Shown: positions 15,501-27,789, counted from the stretch's first letter. The stretch is 64,000 nucleotides of DNA from Squalus acanthias (GCA_030390025.1 JASTWF010000350.1:372001-436000); one strand, 5' to 3'. A program made the numbers and translations. The notes: generated by a model from the sequence alone, not told the origin.

Positions 15501-18462
15501 TAATACCCTGACACAGAGGATCCCGGGAGTGATAATACTCTGACACAGAGGATCCTGGGATTGATAATACTCTGACACCGGGGATCATGGGAGTGATAAT
15601 ACTCTGACACAGGGGATCATGTGAGTGATAATACTTTGACGCAGGCGATCCCGTGAGTGATAATACTCTGACACAGAGGATCCCGGGAGTGATATTACTC
15701 TGACACAGGGGATAATGGGAGTGATAATACTCTGACACAAAGGATCATGGGAGTGATAATACTCTGACACAGGGGATCATGGGAGTGATAATACTCTGAC
15801 ACAGGGATTCCCGGGAGTGATAATACTCTGACACAGGGGATCCCGGGAGTGATAATACTCTGACACAGAGGATTCGGGGAGTGATAATACTCTGACACAG
15901 GGGATCCCGGTAGTGATAATACTCTGACACAGGGGATCCCGGGAGTGAGAATACTCTGACACAGGGATTCCCGGGAGTGATAATACTCTGACACAGTGGA
16001 TCCCGGGAGTGATAATACTCTGACACAGGGGATTTCGGAGGGTGATAATACTCTGACACAGGGGATCATGGGTGTGATAATACTCTGACAATGGGGATCA
16101 TGGGAGTGATAATACTCTGACACAGGGGATCCCGGGAGTGATAATACTCTGACACAGGTGATCATGGGAGTGATAATACGCTGACAAAGAGGATCATGGG
16201 AGTGATAATACTCTGACACAGGGGATCCCGGGTGTGATAATACTCTGACACAGAGGCTCATGGGAGTGATAATACTCTGACACAGAGGATCCCGGGAGTG
16301 ATAATACTCTGACGCAGGTGATCATGGGAGTGATAATATTCTGACACAGGGGATCATGAGAGTGATATTACTCTGACACAGAGTATCCATGGAGTGATAT
16401 TACTCTGACATAGATAATCCCAGGAGTGATTATACCCTGACGCAGAGTATCCCGGGAGTGATAATACTTTGACAAAGGGTATCCCGGGAGTGATAATACT
16501 CTGACACAGGGGATCATGGGAGTGATAATACTCTGACACAGAGGATCATGGGAGTGATAATACTCTGACACAGGGGATCATGGGATTGATAATACTCTGA
16601 CAATGGGGATCATGGGAGTGATAATACTCAGACACAGAGGATCCTGGGAGTGATAATATTCTGACACAGAGGATCCCGGGAGTGATAATACTCTGACACA
16701 GCGGATCATGGGAGTGATAATACTCTGACACATTGTTCCCGGGAGTGATAATACTCTGACACAGGAGATCCCGGGAGTGATAATACTCTGACACAGGGGA
16801 TCCCGGGAGTGATAATACTCTGACACAGGGGATCATGGGAGTGCTAATACTCTGACACAGAGGATCCCGGGAGTGATAATACTCTGACACATGCTTCCCG
16901 GGAGTGATAATACTCTGACACAGGGGATCCCGGGAGTGATAATACTTTGACACAGGGGATCCCGGGAGTGATAATACTCTGACACAGGGGATCCCAGGTG
17001 TGATAAAACTCTGACACAGTGGATCCTGGGAGTGATAATACTCTGACACAGGGGATTCCGTGAGTGATAATACTCTGAGACAGGGGATTCCGGGAGTGAT
17101 AATACTCTGACACAGTGGATTCCGGGAGTGATAATAATCTGACACAGGGGATTCCGGGAGTGATAATACTCTGACACAGGGGATCCCGGGAGTGATAAAA
17201 CACTGACATAGGGGATCCAGGGATTGATAATACTCTGACAGAGGGGATCCCAGGAGTGATAATACTCTGACATAGGGGTTCCAGGGATTTATAATATTCT
17301 GACACCTGGGATCATCGGAGTGATAATACTCTGACACAGATAATCCCAGGAGTCATAATACCCTGACACAGAGGATCCCGGGAGTGATAATACTCTGAAA
17401 ACAGAGGTCTTCGGAGAGATAATACTCTGACACAGAGGATCATGGGAGTGATAATACTCTGACACAGAGGATCATGGGAGCGATAATACTCTGACACAGG
17501 GGATCATGTGAGTGATATTACTCTGACGCAGAGGATCCATGGAGTGATAATACTCTGACACAGGGGATCCCAGGAGTGATAATACCCTGACACAGAGGAT
17601 CCCGGGAGTGATAATACCCTCACACAGAGGATCCCGGGATTGATAATACTCTGACACAGGGGATCATGGGAGTGATAATACTCTGACACAGGGGATCATG
17701 GGAGGGCTAATACTCTGACATAGATGATCCCGGGAGTGATATTACTCTGACACAGGGGATAATGGGAGTGATAATACTCTGACACAAAGGATCATGGGAG
17801 TGATAATTCTCTGACACAGGGGATCATGGGAGTGATAATACTCTGACACAGAGGATCCCAGGAGTGATATTACTTTGACACAGGAGATCATGGTCGTGAT
17901 AATACTCTGACACATTGGATTCCGCGAGTGATAATACTCTGACAGAGAGAATCCGGGGAGTGATAATACTCTGACACAGAGGATCCATGGAGTGATAATA
18001 CTCTGACACAGGGTATCCCAGGAGTGATAATACCCTGACACAGAGGATCCCGGGAGTGATAATACTCTGACACAGAGGATAATGGCTTTTGTTTACAGAG
18101 GCTGGTGTCGGGGGCGGAGAGAGCCGAGGCCCGGTGAGTATCTAAACTCACTTTCGCGGGCTTTTGTTTGCAGATGTTTACCAATCTCAGACCGGCGGCG
18201 GCGTTCCAGAGCCACGTTAATATTCAAAACGTGATGTGGGCAGGAGGGAGCGGCTGATTGGGTGAGTACGGCAGGTTAGTATTTATACTACTTTATAGTT
18301 TGATAGTTAAGGTTCATAGTTTATAAAGTTTCAAAGATCTTAATTTTGTGATTATAATTTCTAGTGCTAGTAACCAAGGGCCCTTGAGTAATTCATTTAA
18401 TTGAGTGAAATTGGTGGCATTGATTTGATTTAATTGAAGTTCAATTAATTAAAGGGTAAGTC

Positions 18463-19409
18463 ATGGCAGGACAGCCCAGCCCCGTGTTGTGCTCCTCCTG
18501 CTCTATGTGGGAAATCAGGGACCCTTCCAGTGTCCCTGACGACCATGTGTGCGGGAAGTGTATCCAGCTGCAGCTACTGACAGCCCGCATTGCGGCGCTG
18601 GAGCTGCGGCTGGATGCATATTGGAGCATTCGCGATGCTGAGAACCTCGTGGATAGCACGTTTAGTGAGTTGGTCACACCGCAGGTGAAGGGTGTCCAGG
18701 CAGGAAGGGAATGGGTGACCACCAGGCAGAGTAGGAGGTGCAGGCAGGTAGTGCAGGGGTCCCCTATGGCCATCCCCCTCTCAAACAGATATACCGCTTT
18801 GGATACTGTTCGGGGGGATGACTTAGGGGAAGGCAGCAGCAGCCAACTTCCTGGCACCATGGGCGGCTCTGCTGCACAGGCTGGGAGGAAAAAGAGTGGA
18901 AGAGCTATAGTGATAGGGGACTCAATTGTAAGGGGAATAGATAGGCGTTTCTGCGGCCGCAACCGAGACTCCAGGATGGTGTGTTGCCTCCCTGGTGCAA
19001 GGGTCAAGGACGTCTCGGAGCGGCTACAGAACATTTTGGAGGGGGAGGGCGAACAGCCAGCTGTCGTGGTGCACATAGGCACCAACGATATAGGTAAAAA
19101 AGGGGATGAGGTCCTAAAAGCAGAATATAGGGAGTTAGGAGGTAAATTAAAAAATAGGATATCAAAGGTAGTAATCTCAGGATTGCTACCAGTGCCACGT
19201 GCTAGTCAGAGTAGAAATAGGAGGATATTTCAAATGAATACGTGGCTAGAGGAATGGTGTAAGGGGGAGGGATTCAAATTCCTGGGACATTGGAACCGGT
19301 TCTGGGGGAGGTGGGACCAGTACAAACCGGACGGTCTGCACCTGGCAGGGCCGGGACCGCTGTCCTAGGGTGAGTGTTTGCTAGTGCTGTTGGGGAGGAT
19401 TTAAACTAA
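18463..19409 (+). pseudogene. CR1 ORF1 (zinc finger/leucine zipper + SGNH esterase), probable frameshift near the 3' end
   Basis: CSSC...CGKC then LQLLTARIAALELRL; esterase motifs GDSIVRG, HIGTND, DGLHL. The track ORF stops at 19368; the typical C-terminus (FASAVGEDLN*) lies in another frame and ends at a TAA overlapping the ORF2 ATG (TAATG, 19407-19411). Confidence 0.85.
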
Positions 19410-22400
19410 TGTGGCAAGGGGTTGGGAACCTGAGCAGGGAGACAGAGGAAAGCATGTCAGGAAGAGACAGAAGGTATGGAGTAAAAGGTAAAGTGTTAAA
19501 TAAGGAAAAAACAGGAAGTAAGTGTCGCAAAACACATTTGAAAGTTCTTTATCTGAATGCACGTAGCATTCGTAACAAAATTGACGAGTTAACGGCACAA
19601 ATAACTATGTATGGGTATGATCTTGTGGCCATTACAGAAACATGGCTGCAGGGTGACAACGTCTGGGAATTAAATATGCCAGGTTATTTAACAATCAGGA
19701 AGGACAGGCAGGAAGGAAGGGGAGGAGGGGTGGCTATGTTAATAAAGGAAGGAATCACTGTAATACAGAGAAATGATATTGGGTCAAAAGATCAGGATAA
19801 TGAAACAGTTTGGGTAGAGATAAGGAATAATAAGGGGAAAAAAACACTGGTGGGCGTAGTATATAGGCCTCCTAATAGTTGCAACTCTGTTGGAAGAAGT
19901 ATTAATCAGGAAATAGTTGGGGCATGTAATAAGGGAACAGCTATAATTATGGGGGATTTTAACTATCATATTAACTGGGCAAATCAAATTGGGCAGGGCA
20001 GGCTTGAGGAAGAGTTTATTGAGTGTCTTAGGGATGGATTTCTTGAGCAGTATGTAACTGATCCTACAAGGGGGCAAGCAACCTTGGACCTGGTACTGTG
20101 TAATGAGTCTGGATTAACTAATAATATCCTAGTTAAGGATCCCCTTGGAATGAGTGACCATAACATGGTTGAATTCCATATCCAATTAGAGGGTGAGAAG
20201 GTTGGTTCTCAAACAAGCATACTGAGCTTGAATAAAGGAGACTATGATGGCATGAGAGCAGAATTGATTAAAGTGGACTGGGAAAATAGATTAAAGGGTA
20301 AGACGATACATGAGCAGTGGTGTTCATTCAAGGAGTTATTTTACAACTTTCAAAATAAATATATTCCACTGAGGAAAAAAGGGTGTAAAAGAAATGACAG
20401 TAAAGAAATTAAAGAAAGTATACAACTAAAAACAAGGACATATAAGGTAGCCAAAGTTAGTGGGAGGATAGAAGATTGGGAAGTCTTCAAAAGACAACAA
20501 AAAGTAACTAAAGGATTGATTAAGAAAGGGAAAATAGACAATGAAAATAAATTAGCAAAAAATATAAAAACAGATAGCAAGAGTTTCTATAGTTATATAA
20601 AAAGAAAAAGGGTGTTTAAGGCAAACGTAGGTCCCTTAGAGGATGAGACCGGGAAATTAATGGTGGGAAACATGGAGATGGCAAAAATGCTGAACAAATA
20701 TTTTGTTTCAGTCTTTACGGTAGAGGACACTAAGAATATCCCAACACTGGACAAACAGGGGGCTCTAGTGGGGGAGGAGCTAAATACGATTAAAATCACT
20801 AAGGAATTGGTACTCAGTAAAATAATGGCCCAGAAATTGATCTCGCTCTGTTCCCGCGGGGGTAAGCCTTCCCCGCGATGTCTCACCTCGCTTGTGCTTT
20901 TTCAGATCCAGCTCGCACGAACTTGATGTTCCAGACATCAGCTGTGCTGGGCTTGCGTATCCCAGCGGCGTAGTGAATTCGTGCGAGCTGTGGGATCACG
21001 TGACTCAGTTAGAGCCAATGGCAGCACATCATCTTCCATTCATAAGTTTCACAGACCTGCTGTGAAATCTATGAATCTTACACCCCCCCAAAATAACAGC
21101 TAAACCTCAATTAAATTTAAAAAAAAAAACATCACATTAATAAAATAAGTATAGTTAATTAAATTAACTATTTTAAATAAAAAATTAAATTTTTGAAAAA
21201 ATTTAAAATCTTTTAAAAAGTTATAAAAATAAACTTACCTGTCTTTAAAGTCTCTAAAAAAGATATACCTGTAAAAAAAAATTCAAAAAAATACTTAATT
21301 CACTACTTACCTTCTTAAAAGCGGGTCTTACTCCTCCTTTTTACATTTCCAAAATCTTCCCTACTTACCTGCGCGTCCAAAGCATGAAGTGCACAGCGTG
21401 CGCGCAGCCTGCAGCACGCACGCGATGCACCCAGGACCCGCCCCCTTTTCAGAAGAGCAATTGCCGGTTTTCAGCGCATGCGCAGGGCATGCAGAAAACC
21501 GGCAATTGGAGTGGGAATACGCGAGAGTACGCAGTGCGTACTCTCGCGTCCCGGGATCAATTTTCGGCCCAATGGGACTCAAGGCGGATAAATCCCCTGG
21601 ACCTGATGGCTTACATCCTAGGGTCTTGAGGGAAGTGGCAGTAGGAATTGTGGATGCTTTGGTAATAATTTTCCAAAACTCCCTGAACTCAGCAAAGGTC
21701 CCGGCAGATTGGAAAACTGCTAATGTAACACCCTTATTTAAAAAGGGTTGTAGGCAGAAGGCTGGAAATTATAGACCAGTTAGCCTAACATCTGTGGTGG
21801 GTAAAATTTTGGAGTCTATTATTAAGGAGACAGTAACGGAACATTTAGATAAACATAATTTAATAGGACAAAGTCAGCATGGCTTTATGAAGGGGAAGTC
21901 ATGTCTGACAAATTTGCTCGAGTTCTTTGAGGACATAACGTACAGGGTGGATAAAGGGGAACCAGTGGATGTAGTGTATTTAGACTTCCAGAAGGCATTC
22001 GACAAGGTGCCACATAAAAGATTATTACTCAAGATAAAAAATCACTGGATTGGGGGTAATATTCTGGCATGGGTGGAGGGTTGGTTATCTAACAGGAAGC
22101 AGAGAGTTGGGATAAATGGTTCATTCTCGGACTGGCAACCAGTAGCCAGTGGTGTTCCGCAGGGGTCGGTGCTGGTTCCCCAACTCTTTACAATCTATAT
22201 TAACGATTTGGAGGAGGGGACCGAGTGTAACATATCAAAGTTTGCAGATGATACAAAGATGGGAGGGAAAGTAGAGAGTGAGGAGGACATAAAAAACCTA
22301 CAAGGGGATATAGACAGGCTGGGAGAGTGGGCAGAGATTTGGCAGATGCAATACAATATTGGAAAATGTGAGGTTATGCACTTTGGCAGGAAAAATCAGA

Positions 22401-23074
22401 GAGCAAGTTATTATCTTAATGGCGAGAAACTGGAAAGTACTGCAGTACAAAGGGATCTGGGGGTCTTGGTGCAAGAAAATCAAAAAGTTAGTATGCAGGT
22501 GCAGCAGGTGATCAAGAAAGCCAATGGAATGTTGGCTTTTATTGCTAGGGGAATAGAATATAAAAACAGGGAGGTATTGCTGCAGTTGTATAGGGTATTG
22601 GTGAGACCGCACCTGGAGTACTGCATACAGTTTTGGTGTCCATACTTAAGAAAAGACATACTTGCTCTCGAGGCAGTACAAAGAAGGTTCACTCGGTTAA
22701 TTCCGGGGATGAGGGGGTGGACATACGAGGAGAGGTTGAGTAGATTGGGACTCTACTCATTGGAGTTCAGAAGAATGAGAGGCGATCTTATTGAAACATA
22801 TAAGATTGTGAAGGGGCTTGATCGGGTGGACGCGGTGAGGATGTTCCCAATGATGGGTGAAACTAGAACTAGGGGACATAATCTTAGAATAAGGGGCTCC
22901 TCTTTCAAAACTGAGATGAGGAGAAACTTTTTCACTCAGAGGGTAGTGGGTCTGTGGAATTTGCTACCCCAGGAAGCTGTGGAAGCTACTTCATTAAATA
23001 AATTTAAAACAGAAATAGACCGTTTCCTAGAAGTAAAGGGAATCAGGGGTTACGGGGAGCGGGCTGGAAATTAG
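19409..23074 (+). pseudogene. CR1 ORF2 (APE endonuclease + reverse transcriptase), interrupted by a TIR element at 20827-21570
   Basis: LNARS, ITETWL, GVVYRPP, GDFN, SDH (APE); KSPGPDG, YRPVSLTS, QHGF, LDFQKAFDKV, GVPQGS, FADD (RT). The halves 19409-20826 and 21574-23074 are in the same frame. Confidence 0.92.
20827..21570 (+). mobile_element. 744-bp non-autonomous TIR DNA transposon (MITE, PIF/Harbinger-PHIS-like), copy 1
   Basis: AAT duplicated at 20824-20826 and 21571-21573; imperfect TIRs GGCCCAGAAATTGATC / GATCAATTTTCGGCCC; removing it restores CR1 KIMGLKADKSPG; homologous copy at 60289-61239. Confidence 0.88.
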
Positions 23075-23197
23075 ACATGAGTTTGAGTTCGGATCGGTCA
23101 AGGCCCTGTGGGTGGCGGAGCCGAGCGGCCTGGTCCTGCTCCTGCTTCTTGTGTTCTTTAGAGTTGAGGTTGGATCAGATCAGCCATGATCTCATTG

Positions 23198-25349
23198 CTA
23201 TTTAAGGGGCTATCAGTGGAAGGGCAATGGCAGACATTTAGAGATCGCATGGATGAACTACAACAATTGTACATCCCGGTCTGGCATAAAAATAAAAAAG
23301 GGAAGGTGGCTCAACCATGGCTAACAAGGGAAATCAGGGATAGTATTAAAACCAAGGAAGTTGCATACAAATTGGCCAGAAGTAGCAGCAAACCCGGGGA
23401 CTGGGAGAACTTCAAAACTCAGCAGAGGAGGACGAAGGGTTTGATTAGGGCAGGGAAAATAAAATATGAAAGGAAGCTTGCAGAGAACATTAAAATGGAC
23501 TGCAAAAGCTTCTATAAATATGTAAAAAGAGGTTAGTAAAAACAAACGTAGGTCCCCTGCAGTCGGAAACAGGGGAAGTCGTAATGGGGAACAAGGAAAT
23601 GGCAGATCAATTGAACAAGTACTTTGGTTCGGTGTTTACTGTGGAGGACACACACAACCTGCCGAAAATAAAAGGGGTCAGAGGATCTGGTAAGAGGGAG
23701 GAGCTGAGGGAAATCCTTATTAGTCGGGAAAAGGTATTGGGGAAATTGATGGGACTGAAGGCTGAAAAATCCCCGGGGCCTGATGGTCTGCATCCCAGAG
23801 TACTTAAGGAGGTGGCCTTGGAAATAGTGGATGCATTGACGATCATTTTCCAACATTCCTTAGACTCTGGATCAGTTCCGATGGAGTGGAGGGTGGCCAA
23901 TGTAACCCCTCTTTTTAAAAAAGGAGGGAGGGAGAAAGCAGGGAATTATAGACCGGTCAGCCTGACATCGGTCGTGGGTAAAATGATGGAAGCAATTATT
24001 AAAGATGTCATAACAGACCATTTGGAAAGTGGCGACATGATAGGTCCAAGTCAGCATGGATTTGTGAAAGGGAAATCATGCTTGACAAATCTTCTGGAAT
24101 TTTTTGAGGATGTTTCCAATAGGGTGGACAGGGGTGAACCAGTAGATGTGGTGTATTTGGACTTTCAGAAGGCCTTCGACAAGGTCCCACACAAGAGATT
24201 GGTGAGCAAAGTTAAAGCACATGGGATTGGGGGTAATGTGTTGACGTGGATTGAGAACTGGTTGGCACACAGGAAACAAAGAGTAGGAGTAAATGGGTAC
24301 TTTTCAGAATGGCAGGCAGTGACCAGCGGGGTACCGCAGGGTTCTGTGCTGGGACCCCAGCTGTTTACATTATATATTAATGATTTGGACGAAGGGATTA
24401 AATGTAATATCTCCAAATTTGCGGATGACACTAAATTGGGAGGCAGTGTGAACAATGAGGAGGATGCTAGGAGGCTACAGAGTGACTTGGACAGGTTGGG
24501 TGAATGGGCAAATGTATGGCAGATGAAGTACAATGTGGATAAATGTGAGGTTATCCACTTTGGTGGTAAAAATAGAGAGGCGGACTATTACCTGAATGGT
24601 GGCAGATTAGGGAAAGGGGACGTGCAACGAGACCTGGGCGTCATGGTACATCAGTCACTGAAGGTGGGAATGCAAGTGCAGCAGGCAGTCAAGAAAGCAA
24701 ACGGAATGATGGCCTTCATAGCAAGGGGATTTGAGTACAGGAGTAGGGAGGTGATGCTACAGTTGTACAGGGCCTTGGTGAGGCCACAACTGGAGTATTG
24801 TGCGCAGTTTTGGTCTCCTAACTTAAGGAAGGACATTCTTGCTATTGAGGGAGTGCAGCGAAGGTTCACTAGATTGATTCCTGGGATGGCCGGACTGACA
24901 TATCAAGAAAGATTGGGTCAACTGAACTTGTATCCTCTGGAGTTCAGAAGAATGAGGGGGGATCTTATAGAGACATTTAAAATCCTGACTGGTTTAGACA
25001 AATTAGATGCGGGCAGAATGTTCCCAATGGTAGGGAAAACTAGAACCAGGGGTCACAGTCTAAGGATTAAGGGGAAGCCATTTAGGACTGAGCTGAGGAG
25101 GAACTTCTTCACCCAGAGAGTGGTGAATCTATGGAATTCTCTTCCACAGAAGGTTGTTGAGGCCAGTTCGCTAAATATATTCAAAAGGGAGTTAGATATA
25201 ACACTCACAACTAAGGGGATCAAGGGGTATGGCGAGAAAGCAGGAATGGGGTACTGAGGTAGCATGTTCAGCCATGAACGCATTGAATGGCGGTGCAGGC
25301 TCGAAGGACCGAATGGTCTACTCCTGTACCTATTTTCTATGTTTCTATG
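23198..25349 (+). mobile_element. 5'-truncated CR1 LINE of a second subfamily; RT ORF 23584-25257, frameshift near 23530
   Basis: QPWLTREI...KSFYKYVK then complete RT motifs (FADD); 3'UTR hairpin region and (TTTCTATG)n tail abutting the satellite. Confidence 0.93.
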
Positions 25350-27344
25350 ACAAAGAGGATCCCGGGAGTGATAATACTCTGACACAGAGGATCCCGGGAT
25401 TGATAATACTCTGACGCCGGGGATCATGGGAGTGATAATACTCTGACACAGGGGATCATTGGAGAGATAATACTCTGACACAGTGGATCATGTGAGTGAT
25501 AATACTCTGACACAGGGGATCCCGGGTTTGATAATACTCTGACACAGAGGATAATGGGAGTGATAATACTCTGACACAAAGGATCATGGGAGTGATAATA
25601 CTCTGACACAGGGTATCATGGGAGTGATAATACTCTGACACAGGGGATCCCAGGTGTGATAATACTCTGACACAGTGGATCCCGGGAGTGATAATACTCT
25701 GTCACAGGGGATTCCGGGAGTGATGATACTCTGACACAGGGGATTCCGGGAGTGATAATAATCTGACACAGGGGATCACGGGATTGATAATACTCTGACA
25801 GAGGGGATCCCAGGAGTGATAATACTCTGACATAGGGGATCCCGGGATTGATAATACTCTGACACACAGGATCATCGGAGTGATAATACTCTGACACAGA
25901 TAATCCCAGGAGTCATAATACCCTGACACAGAGGATCCCGGGAGTGATAATACTCTGACACAGGGGATCACGGGATTGATATTACTCTGACAGAGGGGAT
26001 CCCAGGAGTGATAATACTCTGACATAGGGGATCCCGGGATTGATAATACTCTGACACACGGGATCATCGGAGTGATAATACTCTGACACAGATAATCCCA
26101 GGAGTCATAATACCCTGACACAGAGGATCCCGGGAGTGATAATACTCTGAAAACAGAGGTCTTGGGAGTGATAATACTCTGACACAGAGGATCATGGGAG
26201 TGATAATACTCTGACACAGAGGATCATGGGAGTGATAATACTCTGACACAGGGGATCATGTGAGTGATATTACTCTGACACAGAGGATCCATGGAGTGAT
26301 AATCCTCTGACACAGGGGATCCCGGGAGTGATAATACTCTGACACAGAGGATCCCGGGATTGATAATACTCTGACGCCGGGGATCATGGGAGTGATAATA
26401 CTCTGACACAGGGGATCATTGGAGGGATAATACTCTGACACAGTGGATCATGTGAGTGATAATACTCTGACACAGGGTATCATGGGAGTGATAATACTCT
26501 GACACAGAGGATCCCGGGAGTGATAATACTCTGACACAGAGGATCCCGGGATTGATAATACTCTGACGCCGGGGATCATGGAAGTGATAATACTCTGACA
26601 CAAGGGATCCCGGGAGTGAAAATATTCTAAACCAGAGGATCCGGGGAGTGATAATACTCTGACACAGGGTATCCCGGGAGAGATAATACTCTGACACAGA
26701 AGATTTCGCGAGTGATAATACTCTGACACAGAGGATCCCGGGATTGATAATACTCTGACACAGAGGATCCCTGGAGTGATAATACTCTGACACAGAGGAT
26801 CCAAGGAATGATAATACTCTGACACAGGGGATCATGGGAGTGATAATACTCTGACACAGGGGTTCATGGGAGGGATAATACTCTGACACAGGAGATCATG
26901 GTTGTGATAATACTCTGACACAGGGGATCCCGGGAGTAACAATACTCTGACACAGAGGATCCATGGAGTGATAATACTCTGACACAGGGTATCCCGGGAG
27001 TGATAATACTCTGACACAGAGGATCCCGGGAGTGATAATACTCTGACACAGGGGATCCCGGGAGTGATAATACTCTGACACAGGGTATCCCGGGAGTGAT
27101 AATACTCTGACACAGTGGATCCCAGGAGTGATAATACTCTGACACAGGGGATCCCGGGAGTGATAATACTCTGACACAGAGGATCCCAAGAGTGATAATA
27201 CTCTGACACAGGGGATCCCGGGAGTGATAATACTCTGACACAGGGGATCATGGAAGTGATAATACTCTGACACAGGGGATCATGGGAGTGATAATACTCT
27301 GACACAGAGGATCATGGGAGTGATAATACTCTGACACAGAGGAT
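25350..27344. repeat. 32-bp satellite array, right block (array end)
   Basis: Same monomer and same orientation as 1-18085. Confidence 0.98.
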
Positions 27345-27669
27345 AGAAACATAGAAACATAGAATCTAGGAGCAGGAGTAGGCCATTCGGCCCATCGAGC
27401 CTGCTCCACCATTCAATACGATCATGGCTGATCATCCAAATCCAGTACCCTGTCCCTGCTTTAATCCCCACAGTACACATATCCCACCCTACCCCCGTAA
27501 CCCCACGTATTTAATTCCCCCTAACATATCCCATCCTATCCCCATAACCCCACATATTTAATCCCCCCCTAACACTATGGGTCAATTTATCATAGCCAAA
27601 TCAACCTAACCCGCACATTTTTGGACTGTGGGAGGAAACCGGATCTCAGGTGCCATACCACCGTGTTGC
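27343..27669 (-). mobile_element. HE1/V-SINE-like SINE with CR1-type tail and an internal deletion
   Basis: Reverse complement of the 57694-58140 copy; (CATAGAAA)n tail against the satellite; most of the tRNA head and V-domain is missing near 27645. Confidence 0.85.
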
Positions 27670-27789
27670 AATTGTTATTGTTCATGGATGACGGAACATT
27701 TTGCGGGATGTTGTAAAGCTGGCGTATTGTTTCCATTGTCGTATTCCCTCTGCCTGGTCTTTGTTAACCTTATTCAAGCATTCAGCAGA

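Larger units (their letters stand above)
1..18085. repeat. 32-bp tandem satellite array (consensus GGGAGTGATAATACTCTGACACAG[A/G]GGATC[CC/AT]), left block, runs off the window start
   Basis: Hundreds of head-to-tail monomers read directly, with occasional 31-bp variants and kb-scale duplicated blocks of diagnostic variants; ends at ...gacacagaggataatgg where non-repeat sequence begins. Confidence 0.98.
18086..23197 (+). mobile_element. Near full-length CR1-clade LINE (5'UTR, ORF1, ORF2, partial 3'UTR) inserted in the satellite
   Basis: ORF1 with Cys motifs and an SGNH esterase, ORF2 with APE endonuclease and RT; 3'UTR reaches ...gatcagccatgatctcattg and then breaks off. Confidence 0.93.

Noticed and set aside
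21361..21372. TACTTACCTG resembling the U1 snRNA 5' end
   Set aside because: No further U1 similarity; it is simply the complement of a consensus splice donor.
21389..21573. Novel N-terminus on a 561-aa RT protein
   Set aside because: It is MITE right-arm sequence that happens to be in frame with the interrupted CR1 ORF2.
1..27344. CRISPR-like appearance (constant ~24 bp plus variable ~8 bp)
   Set aside because: The variable parts are point variants of one sequence, not unique spacers; there are no cas genes and the context is vertebrate.
102..27480. Scores of minus-strand ORFs (SEYYHSRDPLCQSIITPGILCVRVLSLP repeats)
   Set aside because: They are translations of the 32-bp satellite cycling through three frames, mostly with non-ATG starts, and some run through N gaps. 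There is no gene structure.
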